Source: Methanotrichaceae archaeon (GTDB lineage Archaea; Halobacteriota; Methanosarcinia; Methanotrichales; Methanotrichaceae). From it: DNA of 64,000 nucleotides. The number at the start of each line of letters is the position of its first letter. Positions within the stretch are counted from its first letter, which is position 1. The position numbers were made by a program, and so were the translations under genes. Location: contig CAWEXU010000004.1 in NCBI GenBank assembly GCA_963813075.1, forward strand, positions 160,001 through 224,000, in the 5' to 3' direction. Shown one piece after another: positions 51,445 to 61,411 of the stretch. The notes beneath the pieces were generated by a model, which saw only the letters and a list, made by a program, of their open reading frames with translations, was not told the DNA's origin and ran no database searches.

Positions 51445-54174
51445 TCAGGCCCCGGCCCGCATCGCCTCCTTTCCCGCCGCCAGGGCCTCCTCCAGCCTCT
51501 CTGTATCCGGCCCGCCGCCCTGAGCAAGCTCCGGCCTGCCGCCTCCGCCTCCGCCCAAGGCTTTGGCTGCCGCTTTGATTATGCTCCCCGCTTTGATGCC
51601 CTTTGAGAGGCCCGACTGGCCCACCGCCGCCACCAGCTTTCCGGTCTTTGAGCCCAGCAGGGCCACGCAGTCCTCCTCTGCCAGCAAGGCCGCGGCCTTG
51701 AGCAGCTCATCGATATCCGCATTGCCCATCTCCTGCACAACCACCCGCAGGCCGTCTACGGTCTCCGCCTCGGAGACCAGCGTCTTCAGCCTGGCAGAAG
51801 CCAGGTCCTCTTTCAGCCGCTCGATCTCCTTTTGCTGGCCCTTCCACTCCTCAAAGAACCTCTCCGCGGTTCGGGGGAGCTGCTCGTTTGGCACCCGCAG
51901 GACGCCCGAGGCCTCAGCCAGGAGGTCGTCTCTGGCCTGGCTGGCCCTGACCGCCGCCTCCCCGGCAGCAAACTCAATCCTCTCCACCCCGTCCTGAATC
52001 CTCTCCGCCCGCAGGATCTTGATCATCCCGATCATGCCGGTATTGGTGACATGAGTCCCGGCGCAGGCCTCAATGTCGCTTCCCACCCGCACCACCCGGA
52101 TGAGCTTGCCCGGAGGGACCCCTCCCTGGTAGAGCTCGAAGCCGAAGAGCTTCTCCGCCTCGGTGCGGGGGAGGAACTGGGTATCCACCGGGGTCAGCTC
52201 CATCACCCTGCGATTGGCCTCCAGCTCTATCGCCTTCAGCTCTGCATCGGTGATCCGCTTGAAGTGAGAGATGTCCAGCCGGGCCCGCTCCTCGCTCTTC
52301 TGCGCCCCCGCCTGCCAGATGTGCTTGCCCAACACCCTTTTGGCCGAGTCGTGGACGAGATGCGTTGCCGTATGATGGCGGGCATGGGCAAGCCTGCGGA
52401 GCATGTCCACCTTTCCGGTAACCCGATCTCCCTTTGCCAGTCCGCCCGGCTCGGCCAGCTTATGTAGCACCACTTCTCCCGACTTCTGAACGTCTATAAC
52501 CTGGAACGTCTGCCCATCCTTCTCCAGGGTGCCGTGATCGGCAGGCTGGCCGCCTCCCTCCGGGTACAGGAGCGTCCGGTCCAGGATGACCGCCCCCTCC
52601 ACTACATCCAAAACCCGAGCCTCGAACTGCTGCTGGAAGGGATTCTCATAGAAGAGCAGCTCCGTCTTGCCCGGAATGGGGGGCTTTTTCTCCTCCTCCG
52701 GCTCTGCCCGAATGTGTTTTTTCGCGACCAAAGAGTAGAAGTTGTCCGGCAGGTCAACCTGAGCCCCCATCTGTACTGCTGCCTCGCGAGCGATCTCCGG
52801 AGGGATGCCGTGCGTATCATAGAGATTGATCATCTCCGTGAGGGGCACAGGCTCATTTTTATTCCGGTAGCTTTCCGCCGTCTTCCGAACCAGCCTCATC
52901 CCCTTCTCCAGGGTCTCGGCATACTTCTGCTCCTCCTGGTCCAGGATCTCCCTGATGGTGGGGAAAGACTCCTCCCAATCAGGATAATCCAGCCGGGATA
53001 TCTGCAGACCGACCAGATCGGCAATGGGCATATTCAATCCCAGTTCCTTCATCAGCCGGAGAGTGCGGCGAATGACCAGTCGGGTGAGGTAGCCGCCCTT
53101 GACATTGGAGGGTATGATCCCGTCTCCCAGCATAAAGGCCAGGCAGCGGGTGTGGTCGACCACCGCATAGACCCGCTCCATGGGAAGAATGGCCTTCTCC
53201 AGACGCTCGGGATCAATGCCGATGCTGGCGGCGATCCGCGCCCGCAGGTCCTTCATCGAATACTCGTCCAGGTCCACCATTCCCGCCAGGCGAGCGTTCT
53301 GGGCGAAGATCTCCGCATACTCCGGGTCAGCGAGGTCGTGCTCCACTCCGGCCAGGTCTGCCACCTTTCTCACCAGCTCCGGGAATATGGCATCGTAGAT
53401 GGTGGGCGCGCCATTGGAGGCCCAGACGAACCTCTCCAGGCCGTAGCCGGTGTCTACGATGTAGTTTTTCATCTTCTCATAGCGCTCGCCCTTGATCTCG
53501 ACAGCGCCCGCAGGCGAGGCCACCAGATCCATGAACACCAGGGTGGCCAGCTCCAGGCCGCCCACCATCACCTCCACGCTGGGCCCGGCATTGCCCCCAC
53601 CGGCCCAGGGGTTCTCCTTGTAGGTGACCGCCAGAGGGTCCATCCCCAGGCCGACGAGCAGTTCGTCGCACAGCCGCACCGTCCGGTCCTTCCAGTAGTA
53701 CTCCTTCTCAGGGGTATTGAATACGTGGTGGGCCATCATCTCAAAGGTGGTCAGATGCCTCCCGCTCCGCCCCACAGAGTCCAGGTCATCCAGCCGGATG
53801 CAGGGCTGGCTGATGGTCAGGGGGTTGGCCGGCGGCGGCACCTGCCCGGAGGTCACAAAAGGCTGGAAATCAGCGATGGAGGCGATGGTCAGATAGATGT
53901 CATCGCGCCACCGGGCCGCCACCGGATACCTCTTGATCCGGGTATGGCCCCGGGCCTCGAAAAAGCCCAGGTAGTGCTCGCGCATTTCGTCCAGGCTAAG
54001 CTGGCGCTTGAATATGGGAGAGCCAATAAAGGTATAAGGATCGCAGGGCGGATCGCCGCAGGTATTCCTGCTCCCGTCCCTGGTCCAGAAGAATTTGCCG
54101 CATTTCTCGCACTTCTTATGATGGAATCCTTCTTCGATGAAGAAGTCCAATCGATATTCGTCCTCGGTGAACAT
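51445..54174 (-). CDS. alaS: Alanine--tRNA ligase (archaeal type)
   Basis: IASIADFQP, HLTTFEMMAHH, DTGYGLER, editing HHTATH/CAGTH, C-terminal GGGGGG. Confidence 0.98.
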   Translation of the reverse strand: MFTEDEYRLDFFIEEGFHHKKCEKCGKFFWTRDGSRNTCGDPPCDPYTFIGSPIFKRQLSLDEMREHYLGFFEARGHTRIKRYPVAARWRDDIYLTIASIADFQPFVTSGQVPPPANPLTISQPCIRLDDLDSVGRSGRHLTTFEMMAHHVFNTPEKEYYWKDRTVRLCDELLVGLGMDPLAVTYKENPWAGGGNAGPSVEVMVGGLELATLVFMDLVASPAGAVEIKGERYEKMKNYIVDTGYGLERFVWASNGAPTIYDAIFPELVRKVADLAGVEHDLADPEYAEIFAQNARLAGMVDLDEYSMKDLRARIAASIGIDPERLEKAILPMERVYAVVDHTRCLAFMLGDGIIPSNVKGGYLTRLVIRRTLRLMKELGLNMPIADLVGLQISRLDYPDWEESFPTIREILDQEEQKYAETLEKGMRLVRKTAESYRNKNEPVPLTEMINLYDTHGIPPEIAREAAVQMGAQVDLPDNFYSLVAKKHIRAEPEEEKKPPIPGKTELLFYENPFQQQFEARVLDVVEGAVILDRTLLYPEGGGQPADHGTLEKDGQTFQVIDVQKSGEVVLHKLAEPGGLAKGDRVTGKVDMLRRLAHARHHTATHLVHDSAKRVLGKHIWQAGAQKSEERARLDISHFKRITDAELKAIELEANRRVMELTPVDTQFLPRTEAEKLFGFELYQGGVPPGKLIRVVRVGSDIEACAGTHVTNTGMIGMIKILRAERIQDGVERIEFAAGEAAVRASQARDDLLAEASGVLRVPNEQLPRTAERFFEEWKGQQKEIERLKEDLASARLKTLVSEAETVDGLRVVVQEMGNADIDELLKAAALLAEEDCVALLGSKTGKLVAAVGQSGLSKGIKAGSIIKAAAKALGGGGGGRPELAQGGGPDTERLEEALAAGKEAMRAGA

Positions 54175-54277
54175 GGCACATCAGCTTTTGCCGGGAGAAG
54201 GACGAGGAGTGCTAAAAGGTTTTCCAAATGGCCAGGAGTTCTGCCGGCCATTAGAATAAATCAATTTAATCTCGACT

Positions 54278-54895
54278 TTAGTTCACCCTTATGACCTTGA
54301 GCAGGGATACCACAGGCACTCCGGCAATCTCATCGGTGCCTTTCTTGTCGATCAGCACGGCTATGGCATTGATCTTCGCCCCGTGCTCATCCAGGTATTC
54401 AACTGCCTCCTCCAGAGTCTGGCCTGATGTCACCACATCATCGATGATAATGCAGTCCTTATCCCGGACATCTGAGAAGTTCGAGCTCAGGTTGCCCTTA
54501 GCTTTATTGCCTTCCGGAGAGATCATCTGCTTGCTGGGAGTGTAAACCGCCAGCTCCGCTGCCAGTCCGTTGGCCACCATGCTGGCCAGGGGCAGGCCGC
54601 TCAGGGCGATGCCCACCACCACATCCACGCTGCTCTCGTTGGCATCCAGGGTCTCATAAATGATGTCGGTGATGGCCTCAGATATGTGGTTGAGCCTGAA
54701 GGCGCTTCTGCCAATGGCCGACCAGTCCACGGATATATCCTTGGGGCCGGGGGTGGTGCTCGTCTTCTCGGCATGGGTTAAAAGCCAGGTCACCGTCTCT
54801 CCGGATACATTCAGCTCCTCTGAGATCTGACCCTCTACCAGCCCTTCTGCCTTCAGTTCCGCTGCTTTCTTCATCAAAACTTCAATATTTTTCAT
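54278..54895 (-). CDS. Orotate phosphoribosyltransferase-like protein with N-terminal HTH (COG0856/GfcR-like)
   Basis: ISEELNVSGETVTWL, DISVDWSAIG, IIIDDVVTSG. Confidence 0.88.
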   Translation of the reverse strand: MKNIEVLMKKAAELKAEGLVEGQISEELNVSGETVTWLLTHAEKTSTTPGPKDISVDWSAIGRSAFRLNHISEAITDIIYETLDANESSVDVVVGIALSGLPLASMVANGLAAELAVYTPSKQMISPEGNKAKGNLSSNFSDVRDKDCIIIDDVVTSGQTLEEAVEYLDEHGAKINAIAVLIDKKGTDEIAGVPVVSLLKVIRVN

Positions 54896-55350
54896 CTTAT
54901 ACACCTTTTCTTCTTTCGGGCAGGAGTTCCGCAATCAGGACATGCTTCCCCCTCGAACCTTTTGCCGCAGCCCTGGCACCTCTGGACATATTTGCGCTTT
55001 TTCTTTATCCGGGGCTGGCCTATGGGCTCGATCCTCAGGCCGAGGTGAAGAGCTACGTTTTGCAGAGCATAGTCGTCGGTAGCGAGAGTAGCATTATACT
55101 CCAGTGCTTTGGCCAGGACATCCAGATCGGCAGCCGAGAGGGATCGAATGTCTCCCGTCTGTTCAGCCGCGTCTTTAGCTGCTTTCAAGGCCTGAGAGGT
55201 GGGGCTTTCCACTCGTGTCTCATATATGTGGAGCAGGGACTTCGTCCTTATATCCTTAAGCTCCGCCTCCACTGCCGGGACGGTGATCAGCTCCCCTTCT
55301 GGCCTCTTTCCCCAGATGAACACCGAAGCGTCCGCTACGGTCGTACACAT
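54892..55350 (-). CDS. nob1: Nob1-like PIN endonuclease with Zn ribbon
   Basis: VADASVF, TGDIRSLSAADLDVLA, TDDYALQN, CQGC...CPDCG. Confidence 0.9.
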   Translation of the reverse strand: MCTTVADASVFIWGKRPEGELITVPAVEAELKDIRTKSLLHIYETRVESPTSQALKAAKDAAEQTGDIRSLSAADLDVLAKALEYNATLATDDYALQNVALHLGLRIEPIGQPRIKKKRKYVQRCQGCGKRFEGEACPDCGTPARKKKRCIR

Positions 55351-55431
55351 GCAATTGCTCTTCTAAGTTATAGTACTTGGACTTTTCCCGGACCAAAACG
55401 CTATTATCATATAATGCGGTCTGGAAGTGCG

Positions 55432-55872
55432 ATGGCCAAGAAAGAGAAAAAGTCTGGCAGAAAGGATGAGCGGGCGCTGGCCGCGGATCAGGAAAGTAAG
55501 ACGGTGCAAAAAGAGGCAGAGCATAAAGCGACAAAAGAGCCGCCCAAGCCCAGGCCCAGGACCGCTGCCGACAGGAAGAAAGACCGCCGTGATGGGATAG
55601 TGAAGACCGTATTCGCCGCCGCTCTGGGGGTCCTGGCAGGCTTTGGCTGCTACTATATCGCCAGCACCACGGGCGAATATCCCTGGCAGATAGGCGAATA
55701 TCCCTGGCATTTCGTACTGCTGTCAGTGGTCCTGGTCACCTCTCTATTCCAGAGGGTCGCCTACCCCCTGCTGAAGATAGATGCCGCCAGCTTCAAGACC
55801 AAGGATTGGCTCTATGTGGAGTTCATCGTGGTCGACCTCTGGCTGGTCACCTGGACCATACTACTCAACTGA
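55432..55872 (+). CDS. Small archaeal membrane protein upstream of ABCE1 (EMC6-like)
   Basis: Basic N-terminus, 3 TM segments, KDWLYV...WLVTWTILLN end. Confidence 0.75.
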   Translation: MAKKEKKSGRKDERALAADQESKTVQKEAEHKATKEPPKPRPRTAADRKKDRRDGIVKTVFAAALGVLAGFGCYYIASTTGEYPWQIGEYPWHFVLLSVVLVTSLFQRVAYPLLKIDAASFKTKDWLYVEFIVVDLWLVTWTILLN

Positions 55873-55880
55873 GGTAGAAC

Positions 55881-57641
55881 ATGAGGATAGCTATCATCAA
55901 TCGCGACCGATGCCAGCCAAGAAAGTGCTCTAAAGAATGCGAATACTTCTGCCCGCCCGTCCGCACGGGCGACGAGACCATCGTATTTGAGGACAGTAAG
56001 CCCCTAATCACCGAGAACCTCTGTGTGGGCTGCGGCATATGCGTGCGCAAATGCCCCTTTGGAGCCATCACCATCACCAACCTGCCGGAGGAGATGGAGG
56101 ACCCGGTTCATAGATACGGCCAGAACGGCTTTGCCCTTTATGGACTACCGGTGCCGATCGAGGGAAGGGTCACCGGTCTGTTGGGCCCCAACGGCATAGG
56201 AAAGAGCACGGCGATATCCATACTCTCCGGCATTCTCCGGCCGAACCTGGGAAGGGATGCCTCCTGGGAGGAGGTGCTTGTGCGCTTCTCCGGCTCCATC
56301 CTGGGAGATTATCTGAAGAAAGTGGTGGATAAGGGGATCAGGACCTCATATAAGCCCCAGTATGTGGACCGCATCCCGAAGAGCTATTCAGGTGAGGTCT
56401 CGGGCTTGCTGGAGAAGACGGATGAGAGAGGTGCCCTGGCTGAACTGACGAAGACTTTGGGCATCTCAAAGCTCATGGACAGGGACATAAGCGGCCTATC
56501 CGGCGGCGAGCTGCAGAGGGTGGCCATTGCTGCCGCGGCTGCAAAGGACGCGGATTTCTATTTCTTCGATGAGATCAGCCCGTATCTGGATATCTACCAG
56601 CGGATCAACTCCGCTCGCATACTGCAGAGCCTGGCCAAAGATAAGGCGGTGATGGTGGTAGAGCACGACCTGGCACTGCTCGACCTGCTGACGGACACCG
56701 TCCACCTCATCTACGGCGTTCCCGGTGCCTACGGCGTGATAACCAGGCCCAAAGGGGTGAGGGTGGGAATCAACCAGTACCTTCGCGGCAATCTGCCCGA
56801 GGAGAATGTTCGCTTTCGCGATACTGCCATCAGCTTCGAGGTGCATGCCCCCAGAATAGAGAAGGAGATACCAACCCTCATCACCTATGATGCATTTGCC
56901 ATGCAGTATTCGTCATTCCGGCTGGAGGCCGAGCCGGGAATCATCCGCCGGGGCGAGGTGGTGGGGATTTTGGGACCCAATGGGATCGGAAAGACAACTT
57001 ACATCAAGATCCTGGCAGGGGTGGAAAAACCAACTACTGGAAGCTTTGAGAGCCAGCTGAAGATATCCTACAAGCCCCAGTACCTCAAGGCAGATACCGA
57101 GGTGACTGTGGAGGGCATGCTGAGGGGAGTGACACAGGCATTTGATAGCAGCTACTATCAGGCAGAGATCCTCAAGCCCATGGGCATAGAGCCCTTCTTA
57201 GACAAAATCCTCACCGAATTGTCCGGGGGCGAGCTGCAGAGGGTGGCCATAACTGCCTGTCTCAGCCGGGAGGCAGACCTCTATCTCCTGGACGAGCCCT
57301 CCGCCCATCTGGATGTGGAGCAGAGGATGCTGGCCGCCAAGGTCATGAGGCGATTCGCCGAGTCCACTGAGAAGACCGTCCTGGTGGTGGACCACGACAT
57401 CTACCTCATCGACCTGCTCAGCGAACGGCTGATGGTCTTCGACGGCGTTCCGGGAAGTTTAGGCGTTGCCCATACCCCACTGGAGATGCGCGAGGGCATG
57501 AACTCCTTCCTCAAGGGGATCGGCATAACCTTCCGGCGGGACGAAGAGACCCGCAGGCCCAGAGTAAACAAACCGGAGTCAAGGCTCGACAGAATGCAAA
57601 AAGAGCAGGGAGAATACTATTATCAGATTGAAGAGGCCTGA
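55881..57641 (+). CDS. Ribosome recycling ATPase ABCE1/RLI1
   Basis: Two Fe-S motifs (CQPRKC..EC..CP; CVGCGICVRKCP) and two ABC domains with LSGGELQR. Confidence 0.97.
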   Translation: MRIAIINRDRCQPRKCSKECEYFCPPVRTGDETIVFEDSKPLITENLCVGCGICVRKCPFGAITITNLPEEMEDPVHRYGQNGFALYGLPVPIEGRVTGLLGPNGIGKSTAISILSGILRPNLGRDASWEEVLVRFSGSILGDYLKKVVDKGIRTSYKPQYVDRIPKSYSGEVSGLLEKTDERGALAELTKTLGISKLMDRDISGLSGGELQRVAIAAAAAKDADFYFFDEISPYLDIYQRINSARILQSLAKDKAVMVVEHDLALLDLLTDTVHLIYGVPGAYGVITRPKGVRVGINQYLRGNLPEENVRFRDTAISFEVHAPRIEKEIPTLITYDAFAMQYSSFRLEAEPGIIRRGEVVGILGPNGIGKTTYIKILAGVEKPTTGSFESQLKISYKPQYLKADTEVTVEGMLRGVTQAFDSSYYQAEILKPMGIEPFLDKILTELSGGELQRVAITACLSREADLYLLDEPSAHLDVEQRMLAAKVMRRFAESTEKTVLVVDHDIYLIDLLSERLMVFDGVPGSLGVAHTPLEMREGMNSFLKGIGITFRRDEETRRPRVNKPESRLDRMQKEQGEYYYQIEEA

Positions 57642-57653
57642 AGTGAATGGAGA

Positions 57654-58721
57654 ATGAAGGAATTCATCCGCAAGAATAATCCATTCAACCGTCATTTCGT
57701 GCGCAACCTGGAAGCGGGAACGCTGCTGGAGATATTCCTGGTCACGGCAGTATGCTCCGTCCTGGGAATACGCTTTTTTCTCGCCCTGACCGGATATCCC
57801 AGCCTCAGCCCGGGCAATCTGCATATCGCTCATGTCCTCTTGGGCGGGGTGCTGATGATGATCGCTCTGGTCATCAATCTGAGCTACATCAACAAATCGG
57901 CCAACTATCTGGTGGCGGTGATCGGAGGCCTGGGATTTGGCGCTTTCATCGATGAGCTGGGCAAGTTCGTTACCGGGGATAATGATTACTTCTATCAGCC
58001 CACCGTGGCCCTGATCTACATTGTATTCGCCCTGCTGTACCTGGCAATTCAAACCGTGATCCATAAGCCGAAGCTCACCGAGCAGGAGAGATTGATAAAT
58101 GTCCTGGAGCTGGCAAAAGAGGCGGTCTTGGAAGACCTGGATCACCTGGAGAGGAGAAAGGCGCTGGCTCTGCTAAGAGAGTGCTCCCAGGAAAATCCAA
58201 TGACCCGCGCCCTGCAGGATCTCCTCCACAGCACCGATAGCGTGCCCATGCCCAAGATCGACATTTACACCGCCACCAAGTATCGGCTGCGCAGGTATTA
58301 TCGCAGGCTCGTTAAAAAGAGTTGGTTTATCAAAGTGGTCATGGCCTTTTTCATCCTTCAGTCCCTGTTCACCCTGGGCCTTGACCTTTTGCTGATTTAT
58401 ATCAGGATGAACTCGGAAAGGGGTCTGGCGATCATATTTCCCAGCCTGTCGTTCTTCGATCTGGCCGGGCTGGCTGCAGCCACCCTATCCTCCGGCCTGG
58501 TCATCTATGCCATCATAAAGATGAAAAGCTCTCGCCTGGAAGCCTACCGGATATTCAAGAACGCCATCCTGGTGCAGATATTCATAGTGCAGGTAATCCT
58601 CTTCTATCTGACGGAATTTCTCGCCCTGCTGGGCCTGGCCGGAAATATCTGCGTGCTCCTTGTCCTCAACTACATGATACACCAGGAGACGAACGCCAGC
58701 AGAGGCCCGGAAGACTCCTGA
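57654..58721 (+). CDS. Hypothetical polytopic membrane protein
   Basis: About 8 TM segments; LHIAHVLLGG, GFGAFIDELGKF..DNDYFY. Confidence 0.8.
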   Translation: MKEFIRKNNPFNRHFVRNLEAGTLLEIFLVTAVCSVLGIRFFLALTGYPSLSPGNLHIAHVLLGGVLMMIALVINLSYINKSANYLVAVIGGLGFGAFIDELGKFVTGDNDYFYQPTVALIYIVFALLYLAIQTVIHKPKLTEQERLINVLELAKEAVLEDLDHLERRKALALLRECSQENPMTRALQDLLHSTDSVPMPKIDIYTATKYRLRRYYRRLVKKSWFIKVVMAFFILQSLFTLGLDLLLIYIRMNSERGLAIIFPSLSFFDLAGLAAATLSSGLVIYAIIKMKSSRLEAYRIFKNAILVQIFIVQVILFYLTEFLALLGLAGNICVLLVLNYMIHQETNASRGPEDS

Positions 58722-58763
58722 GATCGAGAGGAGAATTGGAGAATCCAAGAGTCCGAAAATCGG

Positions 58764-59381
58764 TCAGGGAGAGCGTCCAGAGATCAAAGAGAACTTGATA
58801 TAAGGAAGTATTTTCGAACTATGTTTTGATTTTATTGCTAAAGTCAGTCTCCTGGCTATTTCGTCCTCTGTGGAGAATAAATTCTGCTTCACATCGAATA
58901 TTCGGCTTGATGCCTCTGATATTCGCTGATACCACAGCCGTTGGGTCTGAATGTCAATCTGCTCGCCTGGTGAGACCCGCCTGCGGCAGATGGATGAATT
59001 GCAGCTGCATTCCATCCGGTAAGGGAATGAACTGAAAAAGAGGCCGTAATCGGCAGTGATTTCCTCTCCTTCCAGGATATCTCTGATTGCTATCTCGCAA
59101 TAGATATCATCCACAAACAGGGAGAGGACATTGGCATCACAGCTGTGGTTGAGCTTTTCTGCACCTTCTCCCAGCATCCAATTGCCTGCTTCATCCTGAA
59201 CCCCGTATTTGATAATTTTATTTTTCTCTTTCTCAGGCAAAAATGATAGTTCAGCGGATGAAACAGAAATATTCTTATCATCATAAAAATATACGATCGT
59301 CCCTTGAGGGATGAATTCCCCCGCAAAGACCCCATCACCCTCAATGCCGCTATGATGTATGCCGGTCTTAACCACGTACAT
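58764..59381 (-). CDS. SET domain protein-lysine methyltransferase with post-SET Cys motif
   Basis: GDGVFA, LNHSCDAN, RDILEGEEITADYG, CSCNSSICR. Confidence 0.9.
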   Translation of the reverse strand: MYVVKTGIHHSGIEGDGVFAGEFIPQGTIVYFYDDKNISVSSAELSFLPEKEKNKIIKYGVQDEAGNWMLGEGAEKLNHSCDANVLSLFVDDIYCEIAIRDILEGEEITADYGLFFSSFPYRMECSCNSSICRRRVSPGEQIDIQTQRLWYQRISEASSRIFDVKQNLFSTEDEIARRLTLAIKSKHSSKILPYIKFSLISGRSP

Positions 59382-59485
59382 AAATTACCATAGTTATTAA
59401 AAGTAATTATACTTTTTTATGAATTCGGAATGAACAGGAGGAGCAAGAAGAAAAAGAAGCCGGGGGAAGAGTTGATGATCACCCT

Positions 59486-61327
59486 TCAATTCGAGGTATA
59501 AGCGATGTTCTTTTCAGGAAAAAAGACTTTGAGCCAGGCTTCCAGGAATATCGCTTTCCATAAATTTCGAGCATGATTTTTATTCTTATATATGTGCTCA
59601 TTTATCTCGCGGCGCAGCTTTTTAATATCTACATACTCCCGGCAGAGGGGTTCATTCTGCACGAACCAATCTTCTAAAATCTTTTTGAAGTACGTCGTCT
59701 TCAGCCAATGCGCATCAGGAGTCTCATATCCTATCTTATCCCGTCTCTGGAGAATTTCCAGGGGCACAACATCGGTCATTGCATCCCTGAGCAATGCTTT
59801 GGTTCTACCTCCTCTTATTATAAAGTCATCCGGCAGTCCAGATACAAATTCAATTATTCTATAATCGAGGAATGGAACACGCGATTCGGTTTGATTTCCC
59901 ATTGAATTCCTGTCCTCCCATTTCAGTAGCTGCTCTAGCCTGTATTTCAGATGGAATTCCAGGGACTGGCTCAGGGATGTACAATTAGAAAAATTATTGA
60001 AGTATTCTGTCGTGGCATTGGTGTCATTCATCAAATCCCTGGATAGGAGTGATTCGCGCAAAAAGATCTCTTCTCTTATGAATATTGGCAGGAGAAGATA
60101 TAATGAAAATTGGATTGCAATTCTGTAGTTTCCCCCTTTAATTAAATTATACCATTCAGAGGCAAATCTTCTGAGCTTGAAGCCCTTTAATAAATCAACT
60201 AGATAAAAACCCAGGAAATAGTGATATCCTGCCAGAAGCTCGTCTGCGCCCTGACCGTCCAGCACCACGGTGACGCCATTCTTCTTGGCCAATTCCTGCA
60301 CACAGTTCTGGGCATAGATGGAGGCGGAGGGAAAAGGCTCTCCAACTAATTCAATAATTTTTAAAAGGTCTTTTTGCAGCTTTTCCGGAGTGGGTCGGAC
60401 CCTATAATTGGCCATTCCTGTTTTCTCGGATACAATCGATATGAATTTTGATTCGTCTCTCTCGAAGTCATCGTACACCGCTGAGAAGGTCTTTATCTTC
60501 ATGCTCCGGTTGATCAGGCATGCAATGGTGGATGAATCGATTCCCCCGCTAAGACATGTGCCTACGGGAACATCGCTGATCAATCTGATGTCCACGCTAT
60601 TTTCCATCAAATCCCTGAAAATGGATATTGCATCCTCATATTTGCCGGTGAACTTTTCTTCATATCTTATATCATACCACTCTTTTATCTCCAGTTCACT
60701 TCGCTTAAGATCGAAGGTGGCATAGCAGCCTCTGGGAATCTTTTTTATCCCCTCAAAGAAGGTCTCATCGCTGTGATCAGATATATTATATAACAAAAAA
60801 TCTTTTATTATTTTTTTATTAGGGGCGGTGTCGACCTCATGCTCCAACAGAGGTGGGATTTCAGAAGAAAATAGAAATTTTTTATTTTTAAAATAGTAAT
60901 ATAAAGGTTTAACTCCCATGCGGTCTCTGGCCAAAAAAACCTTTTTGCTTTCAGAATCGTATATCGCAAAGGCGAACATGCCATTGAACCTGTCCAGGCA
61001 CCTTTCTTGCCACTGGATGTAGGAATATAATATGACCTCGGTATCTGTATTCGATTTAAATGAATATCCAAGTGATTCAAGCTCTGCCCTTAGCTCCTTA
61101 AAATTATAAACTTCACCATTATATACTATGTAAAATCTTTCCCCGCAGTCGGACATCGGCTGATGGCCATTCTTTGATAGATCGATGATGGACAGGCGCA
61201 GGTGACCCAATGAGACCTCTTCATCGACATAGATCCCCTCATCGTCTGGACCCCGGTGCTTTAACCTGGAGTTCATTTTTTCAATTTTATATTCGTCCTT
61301 CCAGTTAAAACCATTGATCCCACACAT
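59486..61327 (-). CDS. asnB: Asparagine synthase (glutamine-hydrolysing)-type amidotransferase in glycan cluster
   Basis: MCGING start, HRGPD, RLSIIDLS, NGEVYN, LSGGIDSS, GQGADE. Confidence 0.93.
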   Translation of the reverse strand: MCGINGFNWKDEYKIEKMNSRLKHRGPDDEGIYVDEEVSLGHLRLSIIDLSKNGHQPMSDCGERFYIVYNGEVYNFKELRAELESLGYSFKSNTDTEVILYSYIQWQERCLDRFNGMFAFAIYDSESKKVFLARDRMGVKPLYYYFKNKKFLFSSEIPPLLEHEVDTAPNKKIIKDFLLYNISDHSDETFFEGIKKIPRGCYATFDLKRSELEIKEWYDIRYEEKFTGKYEDAISIFRDLMENSVDIRLISDVPVGTCLSGGIDSSTIACLINRSMKIKTFSAVYDDFERDESKFISIVSEKTGMANYRVRPTPEKLQKDLLKIIELVGEPFPSASIYAQNCVQELAKKNGVTVVLDGQGADELLAGYHYFLGFYLVDLLKGFKLRRFASEWYNLIKGGNYRIAIQFSLYLLLPIFIREEIFLRESLLSRDLMNDTNATTEYFNNFSNCTSLSQSLEFHLKYRLEQLLKWEDRNSMGNQTESRVPFLDYRIIEFVSGLPDDFIIRGGRTKALLRDAMTDVVPLEILQRRDKIGYETPDAHWLKTTYFKKILEDWFVQNEPLCREYVDIKKLRREINEHIYKNKNHARNLWKAIFLEAWLKVFFPEKNIAYTSN

Positions 61328-61411
61328 GTTTGTCCTCAAAAACCTCTCAGAGCTTCCCCTGATGGACTCCAATCATCGCCAAGCAGAATGCATCTATACA
61401 TCGCGAATAAC

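Noticed and set aside
52534..54294. 586-aa + strand ORF
   Set aside because: Antisense shadow of alaS caused by codon bias; likewise other long antisense ORFs over rpo, leuB and ABCE1
55672..55709. 21-bp-period duplication (GEYPWQI/GEYPWH); also the MKALKD/MKALKA repeat near 22595-22634
   Set aside because: Short in-frame local duplications with no further structure
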